A stretch of 64,000 bases of DNA from Ascoidea asiatica JCM 7603. Taxonomy: Eukaryota; Fungi; Ascomycota. The translations under genes were made by a program, and so were the position numbers. This document shows positions 12,549-22,919 of this stretch, one piece after another (within the stretch, counting starts at the first letter, position 1; every line of letters begins with the position of its first letter). The stretch is taken from NCBI GenBank assembly GCA_001600695.1, contig BCKQ01000001.1, positions 1,405,950-1,469,949 of the forward strand, written 5' to 3'. Under the pieces are notes generated by a model. That model did no database searches. It had not been told where the DNA came from and saw nothing but the letters and a program-made list of their open reading frames with translations.

Positions 12549-13976
12549 TCATCTAACATTACCATTCCTGTATGACAAAATTTCAGCTTCAATCATTTGC
12601 AAAGCCATTTTTAATTTCAAAGAATTATTACTTACCACTCTAATATATTGGATACTATTAATACTACTTGTTAATTTCAAATTCAAATTTTCAATATCAT
12701 TTACTGGTATAACTTTTATTTCACAATTTGAATTTTTTCTTAAACTTTCAATTCTTGAACCCTTTTTACCAATTAAATATGTTACTTCCCTTTTGGTGAA
12801 TTGCAAAATTTTATAATAAGTTTTCTTATTACCATTTTTTTTATACATTGATGATGAAGTAAAGGAAGTTATTAGTGGTTCAATATTGTTATCATCAGAA
12901 AATAATTGTGAATATTCAGAGTTTGTAGAAGAAGAAGAATTTGGTCTTTCAAATTTATGAGATTTATTTAAATTTTTTTTGAAATTTCTATTGGTTATTT
13001 TAGTTGATTCTGGGAAAAAAGTTTCTTCTTGAAACTGGTTCAAAGAATTAATCAAATTCTTAGAAAATATTGTATTTTTCATTGGAGTAATATATGATAA
13101 ATTGCACTTCAAACTTGAATCAATAAATTTTTTTTCTTCAATAATATTTTTTAATGTTTCATATAAAGAACTATAATCATTTGATTTTATGGTAACCAGT
13201 TTATATTTTGGTGATAAATCAAATGAATTTTCAGAAATTATTTGAATTATTTTATCTTTTCCAGTCAGTGAAATAATTTTGGTGAAATGATTGATTTGTT
13301 TGCGATTTAAATAAAAACGAATTTCATTTTGATGGATGAAACTGATTAGAATTTCAAACAGATTTGAAGCATTTTTAAATTCCAATGATATAAGAAATTC
13401 TGTTGAAAATTTTGCTAGTTGCTCTATTTCAATATTGATTGAATCCTCGGACAATACCTTTTTATCATAACTTATATTCATAATATTTTTATACTGGAAA
13501 CGTGTGCTCAATTTTTCTAGAGACTGTTGTAATAAAAATTTTGGAGAGATTAATGAAATTTTCAAGTTTGGATTTTGATTTTTCAACCACAATTCATCAG
13601 AACGAATGAGATTTTCTTGCTTTAAATGAATTGATAAAGTCATGGTTTGAATAAGAAATAAATTTTTAATCGCCAAAGAAACTTGGGAATTATATTTTTC
13701 GGTTTGATTAATTAGTGATTGATTATTTAATGATTCTCTTGAATCAATTTCCAAATCCGAAAAATACATATCATCATCATAATCATCATCGTCATCATCG
13801 TCATCATCAGATGAATATGAAAGTAGTTTAGTTGTCCCTAAAATCGGATTCAAACTCTTAGCTGGTATTGAAAAAGATTCAATTTGCTTTTTTGAGCTGA
13901 AATTATCATCGTTAATGCCAGTTGAATCAACAGAATTGGAAACAGTGTCATAGTAATTCACCAATGATTCATTCAT
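12549..13976 (-). CDS. MER1: KH-domain RNA-binding protein, Mer1-like meiotic splicing activator
   Basis: Single clear C-terminal KH domain VTYLIGKKGSRIESLRKNSNCEIKVIPV (GxxG loop), which resembles the recalled Mer1 sequence ITFLIGAKGTRIESLREKSGASIKIIPI. Confidence 0.6.
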   Translation of the reverse strand: MNESLVNYYDTVSNSVDSTGINDDNFSSKKQIESFSIPAKSLNPILGTTKLLSYSSDDDDDDDDDYDDDMYFSDLEIDSRESLNNQSLINQTEKYNSQVSLAIKNLFLIQTMTLSIHLKQENLIRSDELWLKNQNPNLKISLISPKFLLQQSLEKLSTRFQYKNIMNISYDKKVLSEDSINIEIEQLAKFSTEFLISLEFKNASNLFEILISFIHQNEIRFYLNRKQINHFTKIISLTGKDKIIQIISENSFDLSPKYKLVTIKSNDYSSLYETLKNIIEEKKFIDSSLKCNLSYITPMKNTIFSKNLINSLNQFQEETFFPESTKITNRNFKKNLNKSHKFERPNSSSSTNSEYSQLFSDDNNIEPLITSFTSSSMYKKNGNKKTYYKILQFTKREVTYLIGKKGSRIESLRKNSNCEIKVIPVNDIENLNLKLTSSINSIQYIRVVSNNSLKLKMALQMIEAEILSYRNGNVR

Positions 13977-14284
13977 TTTGCAATTGATATTTTTTCAGTC
14001 TCAGAATGCTAACGCTATAAATAATAGAAAAATGGATATATTTAAATAAAAACAATCAAAAAAAGACGTGAATTTGAAGTTATAAAGAAATTAAGCGCCG
14101 AAACATACTGACATACTTAGAGTTTGGGGTTGTTTACTATTCTGGAACTTTGTAACTTCACCGCTACAAGCTGAATTCGAAGTATTTTGAAATCCTATTT
14201 TTACATTCTATTCTAGAAATCTAATGACTATATAAATTTAATTTAATACAAATTTTTATTAAAAAAAAATAAAATAAAATTTCT

Positions 14285-17266
14285 TCAATATTTGAAAGAG
14301 GAAAGTTCTTGACAAAATCCTTTTTCTTGTAAAGATTCAATATATTCTTTCCAAAGACTCGATTTACAAAGAGTCCATTTATTTCCAACAATAATTAATC
14401 CAAATTTAGCTCTGGTTAACGCGACATTTAATCTTCTTGCATCATCTAAAAATCCAATAGTTTTTGATTTATCCTTTTGACTTCTAACACAACTAAAGAT
14501 AATGAAATTTTTTTCTTTTCCTTGGAATGCATCTATTGAAGCAACAGTTAAACCAGATACAATTATCATAGTTGCTGATTTAACCAATTCTTCTTCAATA
14601 TCTGTTTTATTTATAATTTCTTCTGAATTTGGATTCAAGATTACATTGTTTTTAATCTTTTCAGCTAATAATTCTCTTTGTCCAGAATATGGAGTAATGA
14701 TACCAATATTTTCTTTCGATATTTTTTTTTCTATAACTAATCTAATCAAAATATTCACAACCATATCTGCTTCTCCTATATTTTGATAAGAAAGTCCAGA
14801 TTCCTCTCCAAAACCAGTTTTAATTTTTGATTCAAGAAATTGAGGTTGTTTACCTGTATTTAAGAAAACTAATGGATTTGGAATATTTTCAAGTGTTCTA
14901 TCTTTTACCGTAATTCCATCTTCCAAATCTTCATAAAACTTATTTCTTGGAAATTGAGAAATAAAAGGATGCATTCTATATTGCATATTTAACATACAAG
15001 GTTTTATACCTAATGTTGGGTTTTTTAAAGTTCTTTCAAATAAAGAACAACTAAGTTCTTCAACATTTGTAAAAGCACTTAATTGCTTTTCATCTCCAAC
15101 AAGAATTAATTTGGCAATTTTAGATATTTTAGCATTACTCAATAAACTTAATGGAATTAATGATGTAACTTCTGTAGATTGAGTGGCTTCATCCATAATT
15201 ATAGCTTCAACTTTTTTCAAACTTCTAATAAATTTACTACCACATGTAACTGTAGTAACAAAAATTACTTTTGCTTGAGAAATAAGTGAAGTTCCAATTT
15301 TAAAAACTTCTGTATTATATTTCTTGAAACCAGTTTTACTAATTTTTCCATTTCCCCTTCTTAATGATTTTTGAATATCTTTTTGTTCAGGTGTTAATCT
15401 TTCATATATTCTATTATGCAAAAGAATTGGACCTAATTTATGGTTTTCAGAATATTCAGATTCCTTGGTATCTGAAACTACTCTTATAACATCTTTGGAA
15501 TGATCTTTTAAAAATTTCTCTGCAATATTATCAACTGCTGTATTTGAAGCAGCAACAACTAAAATTGGAAATGTATGAATCTCTTCTAATAATTGAAAAA
15601 TAATTTCATAAATAGTAGAAGTTTTACCAGTACCTGGAGGACCCTGAATCAATGTTATTGCATTATTTAAAACACTTTGTATAGCTTTATTTTGACTTGG
15701 ATTTATATTTCCATTTGGTTTAAAAAAATTTCTGAAAGTATTTTGAGTGATTTTTTTATCTCCTAAAAGTAAACTTTGAAATGAGGTTGCAGTATGAAGA
15801 TATATTCTTGTCATTGCATTCATAATTCTTGAAATTTGAACACTACAAGGGAATAAATCAACATTTTGTTGATATGGTAATGCATATGTTGTCCAAGGAT
15901 ATGGTTTTACTACCATGTTAACTTTTTCAATCATTTTTCCTCTAGTTCTATAACTTACTAACTCAGATTCAACAACAATCATATAATAAATTTTTGTTGA
16001 AGTTTTCATTATAATTGAAGAAAATTTTGGAAATGGACTTCTACCTAATTCTTGATGTTTTTGTGGTACTTTACTTTTAAATTTTTCATCAATATTTATA
16101 GAAATTACAAATGAATCAGAAACTTGACCAAATTTATTTGCTTGATTTAATAATTTTAAATCTTCAGGATATGGACCACCTTTTCTTCCTCTTTTTTTTT
16201 TAAGAGAACTAGAATCCCAATCAACAGAAAAATCTTGAATTGGAGAAAATGTAACTTCTTCTTCTTTAAAAAGATTGAAACATAATAATTTAAAATATTC
16301 AGTTAAATCTTCATAAGTAGTTTTTGGCTCGATTCCTTTAACACTAAAATCAATATTACCTTCTGCAACTTTTGCTTTGCTTTTTCCTTTTAATTTCATT
16401 AAATTCAAAAGATTCGACAATTCATCAATTTCATCAGCGGAATCACTTTGGCTGGAATCATCAGTTTCATTATTATTATTAGAATCAATAGAACGAGGTT
16501 TCCTCAATTTTTTATCCTGTAAGGTTTTATTGGATTTGGTATTAGGAGAATTAGAGTCAGAACTATTTAAATCCTTTTCTTGGAAGTCAGGAATATTTTC
16601 TTTTTGATTCTCACGAGAAATATCTCTTCCTCCTCTACCACCTCTAGTACTTTTAGACCCTCTTGAGCCTCTAGTACTACCACCACCTCTACTTATACCT
16701 TTACCTCTACCTCTACCTCTACCTCGTTTACCAGAAAATCCCATATCTTTACTCTTTTCAATTTTTTCAGTAATTCCAAAAAATTGATTTATATATGAAG
16801 TACTAACTGTTGATAGTAAATTTTTTTTTTCATTATCTTGAAGGTTCATATCCTTTATACATTTATTACATAAAATTTTATTATTATCTTTTTTTAATAA
16901 TTTCTTTGATCCACAGTTTGAACAACATAGTTTATTATATTTAAGAAATATAGGATATTTTGATAAAAGAGCTCCATTTTCTAAAGAATATTCTTTTTTA
17001 ATTTTCAAAGGAGATGATTTTTCAATACAATTTTTACAAAGTAATTTTACTTCTTGATTTTCATGAGGTGAAGCTAATAATATTTTAAGTATTAATATAT
17101 TTCTATTATTACAAGTTTGACATTCAATTAATTTAGATTGTGAAGAAAACTCAATTAAATTATGTTTTGTATCTTTAATATGTTTTAACATATCTTTTTC
17201 AGAATATGAAGATGAAATATCATTACGATTTTGACATTTTTTACATTCATAAAAATAATCCACCAT
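14285..17266 (-). CDS. ECM32: Upf1-like SF1 helicase Ecm32/Mtt1/Hel1
   Basis: The real ATG is at 17266 (MVDYFYECKKC). N-terminal Cys/His zinc region (KHIKDTKH, CQTC, LLCKNC, YSLENG), RGG tract, GPPGTGKT, DEATQ, QYRMHP, IDAFQGKE, RRLNVALTRAK. Confidence 0.88.
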   Translation of the reverse strand: MVDYFYECKKCQNRNDISSSYSEKDMLKHIKDTKHNLIEFSSQSKLIECQTCNNRNILILKILLASPHENQEVKLLCKNCIEKSSPLKIKKEYSLENGALLSKYPIFLKYNKLCCSNCGSKKLLKKDNNKILCNKCIKDMNLQDNEKKNLLSTVSTSYINQFFGITEKIEKSKDMGFSGKRGRGRGRGKGISRGGGSTRGSRGSKSTRGGRGGRDISRENQKENIPDFQEKDLNSSDSNSPNTKSNKTLQDKKLRKPRSIDSNNNNETDDSSQSDSADEIDELSNLLNLMKLKGKSKAKVAEGNIDFSVKGIEPKTTYEDLTEYFKLLCFNLFKEEEVTFSPIQDFSVDWDSSSLKKKRGRKGGPYPEDLKLLNQANKFGQVSDSFVISINIDEKFKSKVPQKHQELGRSPFPKFSSIIMKTSTKIYYMIVVESELVSYRTRGKMIEKVNMVVKPYPWTTYALPYQQNVDLFPCSVQISRIMNAMTRIYLHTATSFQSLLLGDKKITQNTFRNFFKPNGNINPSQNKAIQSVLNNAITLIQGPPGTGKTSTIYEIIFQLLEEIHTFPILVVAASNTAVDNIAEKFLKDHSKDVIRVVSDTKESEYSENHKLGPILLHNRIYERLTPEQKDIQKSLRRGNGKISKTGFKKYNTEVFKIGTSLISQAKVIFVTTVTCGSKFIRSLKKVEAIIMDEATQSTEVTSLIPLSLLSNAKISKIAKLILVGDEKQLSAFTNVEELSCSLFERTLKNPTLGIKPCMLNMQYRMHPFISQFPRNKFYEDLEDGITVKDRTLENIPNPLVFLNTGKQPQFLESKIKTGFGEESGLSYQNIGEADMVVNILIRLVIEKKISKENIGIITPYSGQRELLAEKIKNNVILNPNSEEIINKTDIEEELVKSATMIIVSGLTVASIDAFQGKEKNFIIFSCVRSQKDKSKTIGFLDDARRLNVALTRAKFGLIIVGNKWTLCKSSLWKEYIESLQEKGFCQELSSFKY

Positions 17267-17531
17267 TATAATCAAAATCAAAAATAGATTCTTATCTATT
17301 TCAACTTTTTTTTTTTCTCTTTTTGAACTTAAATTTGAATTCTTTAATATTTACTTGAAATTGATTGAATTTTTGATTTTATTGATATAATTCTTCTTCT
17401 TCTTCTTCTTCTTGGTATTCTTCTTGGTATTCTTTGTCTTGTATCTTCACAAAAATATTGTAATAAAAGTATAAATATAAATATAAATATAAATAATAAT
17501 ATTTATAATATAAATTTATTTTAAATCACGG

Positions 17532-17567
17532 GATTTTTCAGTTATGAATGTCTTATCTTTCGATGAG
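17532..17567. promoter_or_regulatory. RRPE-like plus PAC motif pair in the ECM32/EFM2 divergent promoter
   Basis: GATTTTTCA at 17532-17540 and CGATGAG at 17561-17567. Confidence 0.35.
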
Positions 17568-17925
17568 TAACTAATAACTTATATTATATATATATAGTAT
17601 AAGTTATACAGTATATTAGCAATCAAAAAGCATAGAAAATGAACTCGATAAAATAATTATAATTTATTTTAAATTTGTATGGGGAAATAATATTTCATTT
17701 TTAATATTTCAAACTTCCTTAGTTTTGTAACATTTAAGTCAGCTTCATATTATGTAACTGAATTAGGCGTTCAATTTTCGTAATTTTCATAAATGGTTAG
17801 TTAGTAAACATTCCGTTTTAGTCAAGTTTAATTTAATTTGTATTTAACTTTTAATTGTTTTAATAAATTTTTAAAAAGTTTCTATTGTATGAATTTTTTC
17901 TTTTTATAGTGAAAAATATATTGAA

Positions 17926-19242
17926 ATGACTATAGATGTAGAAGAGTTTGACCCATTATCATTTTTTGAGTCTAAAACACATAAAGAAAGTTTAAAGACT
18001 GTATATGATGAAAAACCAATAATATTATTAAATAGTAAAAAAAACATTGAAGTGATATCAAATAATGATAATATTAATATTAATATTAATATTGATGAAG
18101 ATGAAGAAGAAGATGTTCCAATTCTGTTTTTAGATTTACCTTCAATTTCTATGAAACCACCATTTGAAGTATTAATATTTTTATTGAAACAATTTAAATA
18201 TAAAGAATATTTTAATTTTAATGAAGAAAATATTTTAAATGAAGATGATTTTAAAAAAGAAGAAAAAAATTTAGAAAAATTAATTCCATTACTTAAAATA
18301 TATTGTCCAAAATTATTATATAATAAAAAAATTCAAGAATTAAAAGAATTACCAATAAGAAATAAAAAAAAATTTTTTAGATATGTTACATCAATAATTA
18401 GTTCAGAACTTAATTGGATTAAAGATAATGAAATTAAAGAAAAAATTTGGAAATTAGCAAGTTTAAGAATTTCAGAAAATTGTGGTAGAAGTGGAGAACC
18501 ATTAAAATTTAGAAAAATTAAATTAAAAGCTTTTAAAAAACCAGATATAAGTTTATCATTGAAAGAACCTTCTTTAACAGGAGATAATCTTGGATTAAAA
18601 ACTTGGGGATCATCATTAATATTATCAAATAAATTATATAAAGAATTAGGTAATGAAACTAAGATTAATTATCCAGTACTTGAATTAGGAGCAGGAACTG
18701 GATTAATTGGAATATTAATTGGACTTTTACAAAAAAATGAAAATAATAAAAATGAAATGAACATTAATTTTTCAAATTTAGATAAAATAGATTTAAATAA
18801 TCAAATTTGTCTTACTGATTTAAAAGAAATTATTCCCAATTTAAAAGAAAATCTTAAATTAAATCAGGTTGAAGAATTGTGTATTGCAAAAGTACTTGAT
18901 TGGTCAAATTCAAAAGATTTTGAAAATTGGCTTTTAGAAAAAAATCCAAGCTTATTAAGTACAAATATTTTCAAAACAATAATTTTATCAGATTGTTTAT
19001 ATTCAATTGAACATCCACCAATGATAGCAAATATGATTTCAAAATTCCTTCAATATAACTCAATATCAAAAGTTTTACTTCAATTACCTTTAAGAGAAGG
19101 ATTTGAAAAAGAAAGAGAATTATTATTTTCATTATTTGAAAATGATCTAAAACTTAAAATTGTTCGAGAAAGTGAAGAAAAAGGTTATGATGACTTTGGA
19201 GAACAAGAATTTCTTTTCAGAGAATACAAATACATAATATAA
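17926..19242 (+). CDS. EFM2: Protein-lysine N-methyltransferase (family 16), Efm2-like
   Basis: FDPL start motif, LDLPS..PP, RISENCGR, EPSLTGDNLGLKTWGSSLILS, VLELGAGTGL, LTDL, LDW, SDCLY, GYDDFG. Confidence 0.88.
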   Translation: MTIDVEEFDPLSFFESKTHKESLKTVYDEKPIILLNSKKNIEVISNNDNINININIDEDEEEDVPILFLDLPSISMKPPFEVLIFLLKQFKYKEYFNFNEENILNEDDFKKEEKNLEKLIPLLKIYCPKLLYNKKIQELKELPIRNKKKFFRYVTSIISSELNWIKDNEIKEKIWKLASLRISENCGRSGEPLKFRKIKLKAFKKPDISLSLKEPSLTGDNLGLKTWGSSLILSNKLYKELGNETKINYPVLELGAGTGLIGILIGLLQKNENNKNEMNINFSNLDKIDLNNQICLTDLKEIIPNLKENLKLNQVEELCIAKVLDWSNSKDFENWLLEKNPSLLSTNIFKTIILSDCLYSIEHPPMIANMISKFLQYNSISKVLLQLPLREGFEKERELLFSLFENDLKLKIVRESEEKGYDDFGEQEFLFREYKYII

Positions 19243-19306
19243 ATATATAAATATATAAATATATAAATATATAAATATATAAATATATAAATATATAAAT
19301 ATATAA
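19238..19306. repeat. (AAATATAT)n octamer tandem repeat at the EFM2 stop
   Basis: About 8 perfect copies immediately 3' of the stop codon. Confidence 0.9.
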
Positions 19307-19835
19307 TAGACCTTAATAAACTGCAATAGAATAGAACAATGCAACAATCACTGGCCACTTAGAAATAAGCTTAATTCGAGCTCTCAAAAACTGAGATTAA
19401 CGCAGTTTTGTGCCGAGCTTCAAAAGAGAAGAAAAGAAAAGAATCAAAGTGGTTAGCTATACAGCCCTGCATATGCACAGCAGCCCTAGCTGGTTTCACC
19501 TGACCTCGTTTTGAAAGTGACTGGTCTTTCTGCTGTGGTTTTTCCTCTGTGGCAATTCCACGCTTTTCTCGAGTCTTTGCACGCACCGCCAGTTCAATTT
19601 CCAGCGCAGGCCGGATTTCCTTTTTTCCAACCCGGATTTCGCCCGTCCGGCGAGCTAGCTCAAGATTCCATCGCAGGCCTTTTTACTCTCTCTGACTGTA
19701 GTCAATCAATTATTCACCAAAAATATATCAATCAATTAGCATAATATGGTAATTATATATATATATAAAAAAAATTTAAAAGAACTTTAAGGTCAAGGCA
19801 TTAATAGAATTAAAGAAAGTAAAAAAATAGCACAA

Positions 19836-21318
19836 ATGGCATCAACAGCACCAAAAGTTACTCCAGCCAAAGCTCCAAAGGCCACTCCAAAACAGTATGT
19901 GCTTTTTTTTTTTTTTTTTTCTGGTGAATTTGGATTGAAATTAATGGTTTTTAGATAATTAATAAAAAAATATAAGAAAATCAAGTTAAGAATACTATCA
20001 TTTAATCAAATACATTTAAAGATGATAGTAGTATTTTGTTCCTATTATAGATTGAATCATTATATCATTATATCATTATATCATTATTTATGTTAAAAAA
20101 CTCATTTCAAGTAATTCATAGTTAGGAAGAAAACTAATGTTCAATAACTCCACTTTTTTTTTTTCAAATAAACCTTATTTATTGAATATGAACAACAATG
20201 TATTATAATTTTATTTGTAGAAAACTATGAAAAAATCAAAGAAAAAAATATACTAACTACTTTTTTTTTTTTATTAATAGGCCTGTTATTAAAGCTGATT
20301 CTATTTTACCACCAGAAACTTTATTAAAAAAATCTAAAGCTTTAGCTAAAAATGTTAAAGCTTTAGAGTTAGCTAAAGCCGAACGTACAAAAGTAAGTTA
20401 GAATATTATTATTACTTTAAAAATTATCAATCAATATCATTATTATCCATATTTAATTTTTTTTTTTTTTTCATTATAAACTACTTGATGATAATTTTAC
20501 CCATAATGAACTAGCTAAAAGCGATGTTGTTATTATATACCATCTTTCGGGACTGATAAAATTTTAATGAAATCAAATAAATAATTAATTGATGAATTTT
20601 TTATATTTCTTAGAATCATTAAACTAACAAATTTTTATTTTTATTTTTATTTTTATTTTTTTTTTCTTATTTTTTAATCAATTTATAGGCTTCAAAAGCT
20701 AAAAGAGAAACTATTTTTAAACGTAATGCTTCTTATCAAAAAGAATATTATGAAGCTGAACGTGCTTTAATTCAAGCTAAACGTGATGCTAAAAAAGCTG
20801 GTAGTTATTATGTTGAAGCTCAACCAAAATTAGTTTTTGTTGTTAGAATTAAAGGTATAAACAAAATGCCACCAAAACCAAGAAAAGTTTTACAATTATT
20901 AAGATTATTACAAATTAATTCTGGAGTTTTTGTTAGAGTTACAAAAGCAACTTCTGAATTATTAAAATTAATTGAACCATGGGTTGCTTATGGTTATCCA
21001 TCTTTTGCAACTGTTCGTAAATTAATTTATAAAAGAGGTTATGGTAAAATTAGAAAACAAAGAATTCCATTAACTGATAATTCAATTATTGAAGAAAATT
21101 TAGGTAGATTTGGAATTTTATCAATGGATGATTTAATTCATGAAATTGTTACTGTTGGACCAAATTTTAAACAAGTTAATAATTTCCTTTGGCCATTTAG
21201 ATTATCAAATCCATCTGGTGGTTGGGGTGTTAGAAGAAAATTTCAACATTTCATTCAAGGTGGTTCTGTTGGTAATCGTGAAGAAAAAATTAATTCATTA
21301 ATTAATTCAATGAATTAA
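19836..21318 (+). CDS. RPL7: 60S ribosomal protein L7/uL30 (exons 19836..19894, 20281..20392, 20689..21318)
   Basis: Intron 1 GTATGT(19895)...TACTAAC...TAG(20280). Intron 2 GTAAGT(20393)...AACTAAC...TAG(20688). Phases are consistent. Protein motifs [55 protein letters not shown]. Confidence 0.95.
20481..20560 (+). ncRNA. SNR39: Intronic box C/D snoRNA, snR39/snR59-like (25S rRNA 2'-O-methylation guide)
   Basis: C box TGATGA at 20486-20491 and D box CTGA at 20553-20556. The upstream guide ACCATCTTTCGGG is complementary to conserved LSU rRNA CCCGAAAGAUGGU. Location in RPL7 intron 2 matches S. cerevisiae RPL7A/B. Confidence 0.9.
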
Positions 21319-21571
21319 ATTATTAAAATTATTAAAATAATTAAATAATTAAATAAATATATATATATATTTGATAATGTATTTTAATAATAAGAAAAAA
21401 AATCTAATCATTTATTTCTATTCTTTTGTTTTTATGTTTTTTTGTTTTTTTCTTGTTATTTATCTATTCAATATGTAAAGTGTTTTTGAAAACTTGGAAG
21501 ATATCAACAAGAAGAATAAAATAAAATAAAATAAAAAGAGATGCAAATTTATATGAATATTATAATGAATT

Positions 21572-22294
21572 CTATATTTCTAAATCTAAATCTAAATCTA
21601 AATCTAAATCTAAATCATTTATTGGTGCAGTACTATTTTTCGCACTATATTGATTTTGAGAAGATTTTTCTTGAAATAAATTAATATTTTGTATTTCATC
21701 ATTATCATTATTGATATTAATATTTTGATTTTGTTGAGAAGAAGATTCTATTGATAAATTTAATTTTCTTAATTGATCCATAACTTTTATTACAAAAGGT
21801 CTAATTTCATTAATTTCCATATAACTTAAATTATTAAAAGTTAAATTACTTTCATTTAATTCTTTAAAACCATTTCTTGCTTTAATTAAACGAATTTCTT
21901 TTAAATCTTGAATTATTGAACGTAATAAATGAGAAGGATCAATTAAATCTATTGAAAAATTTTTTAAAAAAATTTTTGTAATTTCAATCCAATGCCATGG
22001 TAAATTTGAAAATTTATCTTTAAATTTTAATTCTTCATCATATTTTATTGATAAATATTTAAAATTTAACCAAAATGGTGGTAAAATTGTAATTTTATTT
22101 TGTTTTTTTAAAATTATTGCTATCCATAATGGAATTTTTAATTTTTGATTAATTTTTTGTTTTGATAAATTTGTACTTATAAGATTTAAAGAATCCATTT
22201 TAACTTTTGGTAAAATTTCTATTAATTCATTTTCTGCTAAGAAATTAATTTCACTTGATAAAAAAGTATCTAATAAATTATTTGGAAATGACAT
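21572..22294 (-). CDS. PSF2: GINS complex subunit Psf2
   Basis: EINFLAENELIEILP, IPLWIAIILKKQNK..I.PP.WL, FS.LPWHW.EI, DLKEIRLIK, NLSYMEINEIRPF; (DL)n tail encoded by a hexamer repeat. Confidence 0.95.
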   Translation of the reverse strand: MSFPNNLLDTFLSSEINFLAENELIEILPKVKMDSLNLISTNLSKQKINQKLKIPLWIAIILKKQNKITILPPFWLNFKYLSIKYDEELKFKDKFSNLPWHWIEITKIFLKNFSIDLIDPSHLLRSIIQDLKEIRLIKARNGFKELNESNLTFNNLSYMEINEIRPFVIKVMDQLRKLNLSIESSSQQNQNININNDNDEIQNINLFQEKSSQNQYSAKNSTAPINDLDLDLDLDLDLEI

Positions 22295-22439
22295 TTATAT
22301 TTATATTAATTGATATATTAATTATTTAATTTATTGTTAAAGAATTAACCATTAAATATTATCCATTAAATATTATCCATTAAATATTGTATAAAAATAT
22401 TATCCATTAAATATTGTTTATAAATATATATTACGTATT

Positions 22440-22496
22440 ACGCGACAGACATGTTTTGAGTGAATTAAATGAAAATTTTAAATGGAATTAACGCGA
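22440..22496. promoter_or_regulatory. Two MCB-like ACGCGA elements upstream of PSF2
   Basis: ACGCGA at 22440 and 22491, 150-200 bp upstream of a replication gene. Confidence 0.55.
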
Positions 22497-22795
22497 TTTT
22501 CAATATTTACGGGGATTTTATCAGTATATTAAAGTCGGTGTTAATAAAAGATTTTGTAAATTGAAGGTAAAGTTGAATATAATAACTGTTAAGTTATTAT
22601 ATTCAATAAATTTAAGAAGATATTGAGTAAGTTGAATTGAAATATGAAGTAGATTAATATTTGAAGTAGATTAGTATTTGATAAGATAATAGGATAATAA
22701 GATAATAAGATATTGATTGAGATAATAAATTTACATTTTTTACATTTACAATTCGGATATTTTCATATTTTTTTCATAAATTTAATACATTGAAT

Positions 22796-22802
22796 TGAGT
22801 CA
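22796..22802. promoter_or_regulatory. Gcn4 site upstream of ARG2
   Basis: Perfect TGAGTCA ~120 bp upstream of an arginine-biosynthesis gene, followed by TATAAA near 22831. Confidence 0.6.
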
Positions 22803-22919
22803 TAACTTAAGGTATATCAAATATTGTCTGTATAAATAGGAGTAAAATTAGTATAAAAAACAATATAATTATAATATTTTTTGTATATCTTTAAATGAAA
22901 TCAGTTTTAGTATATTCAA

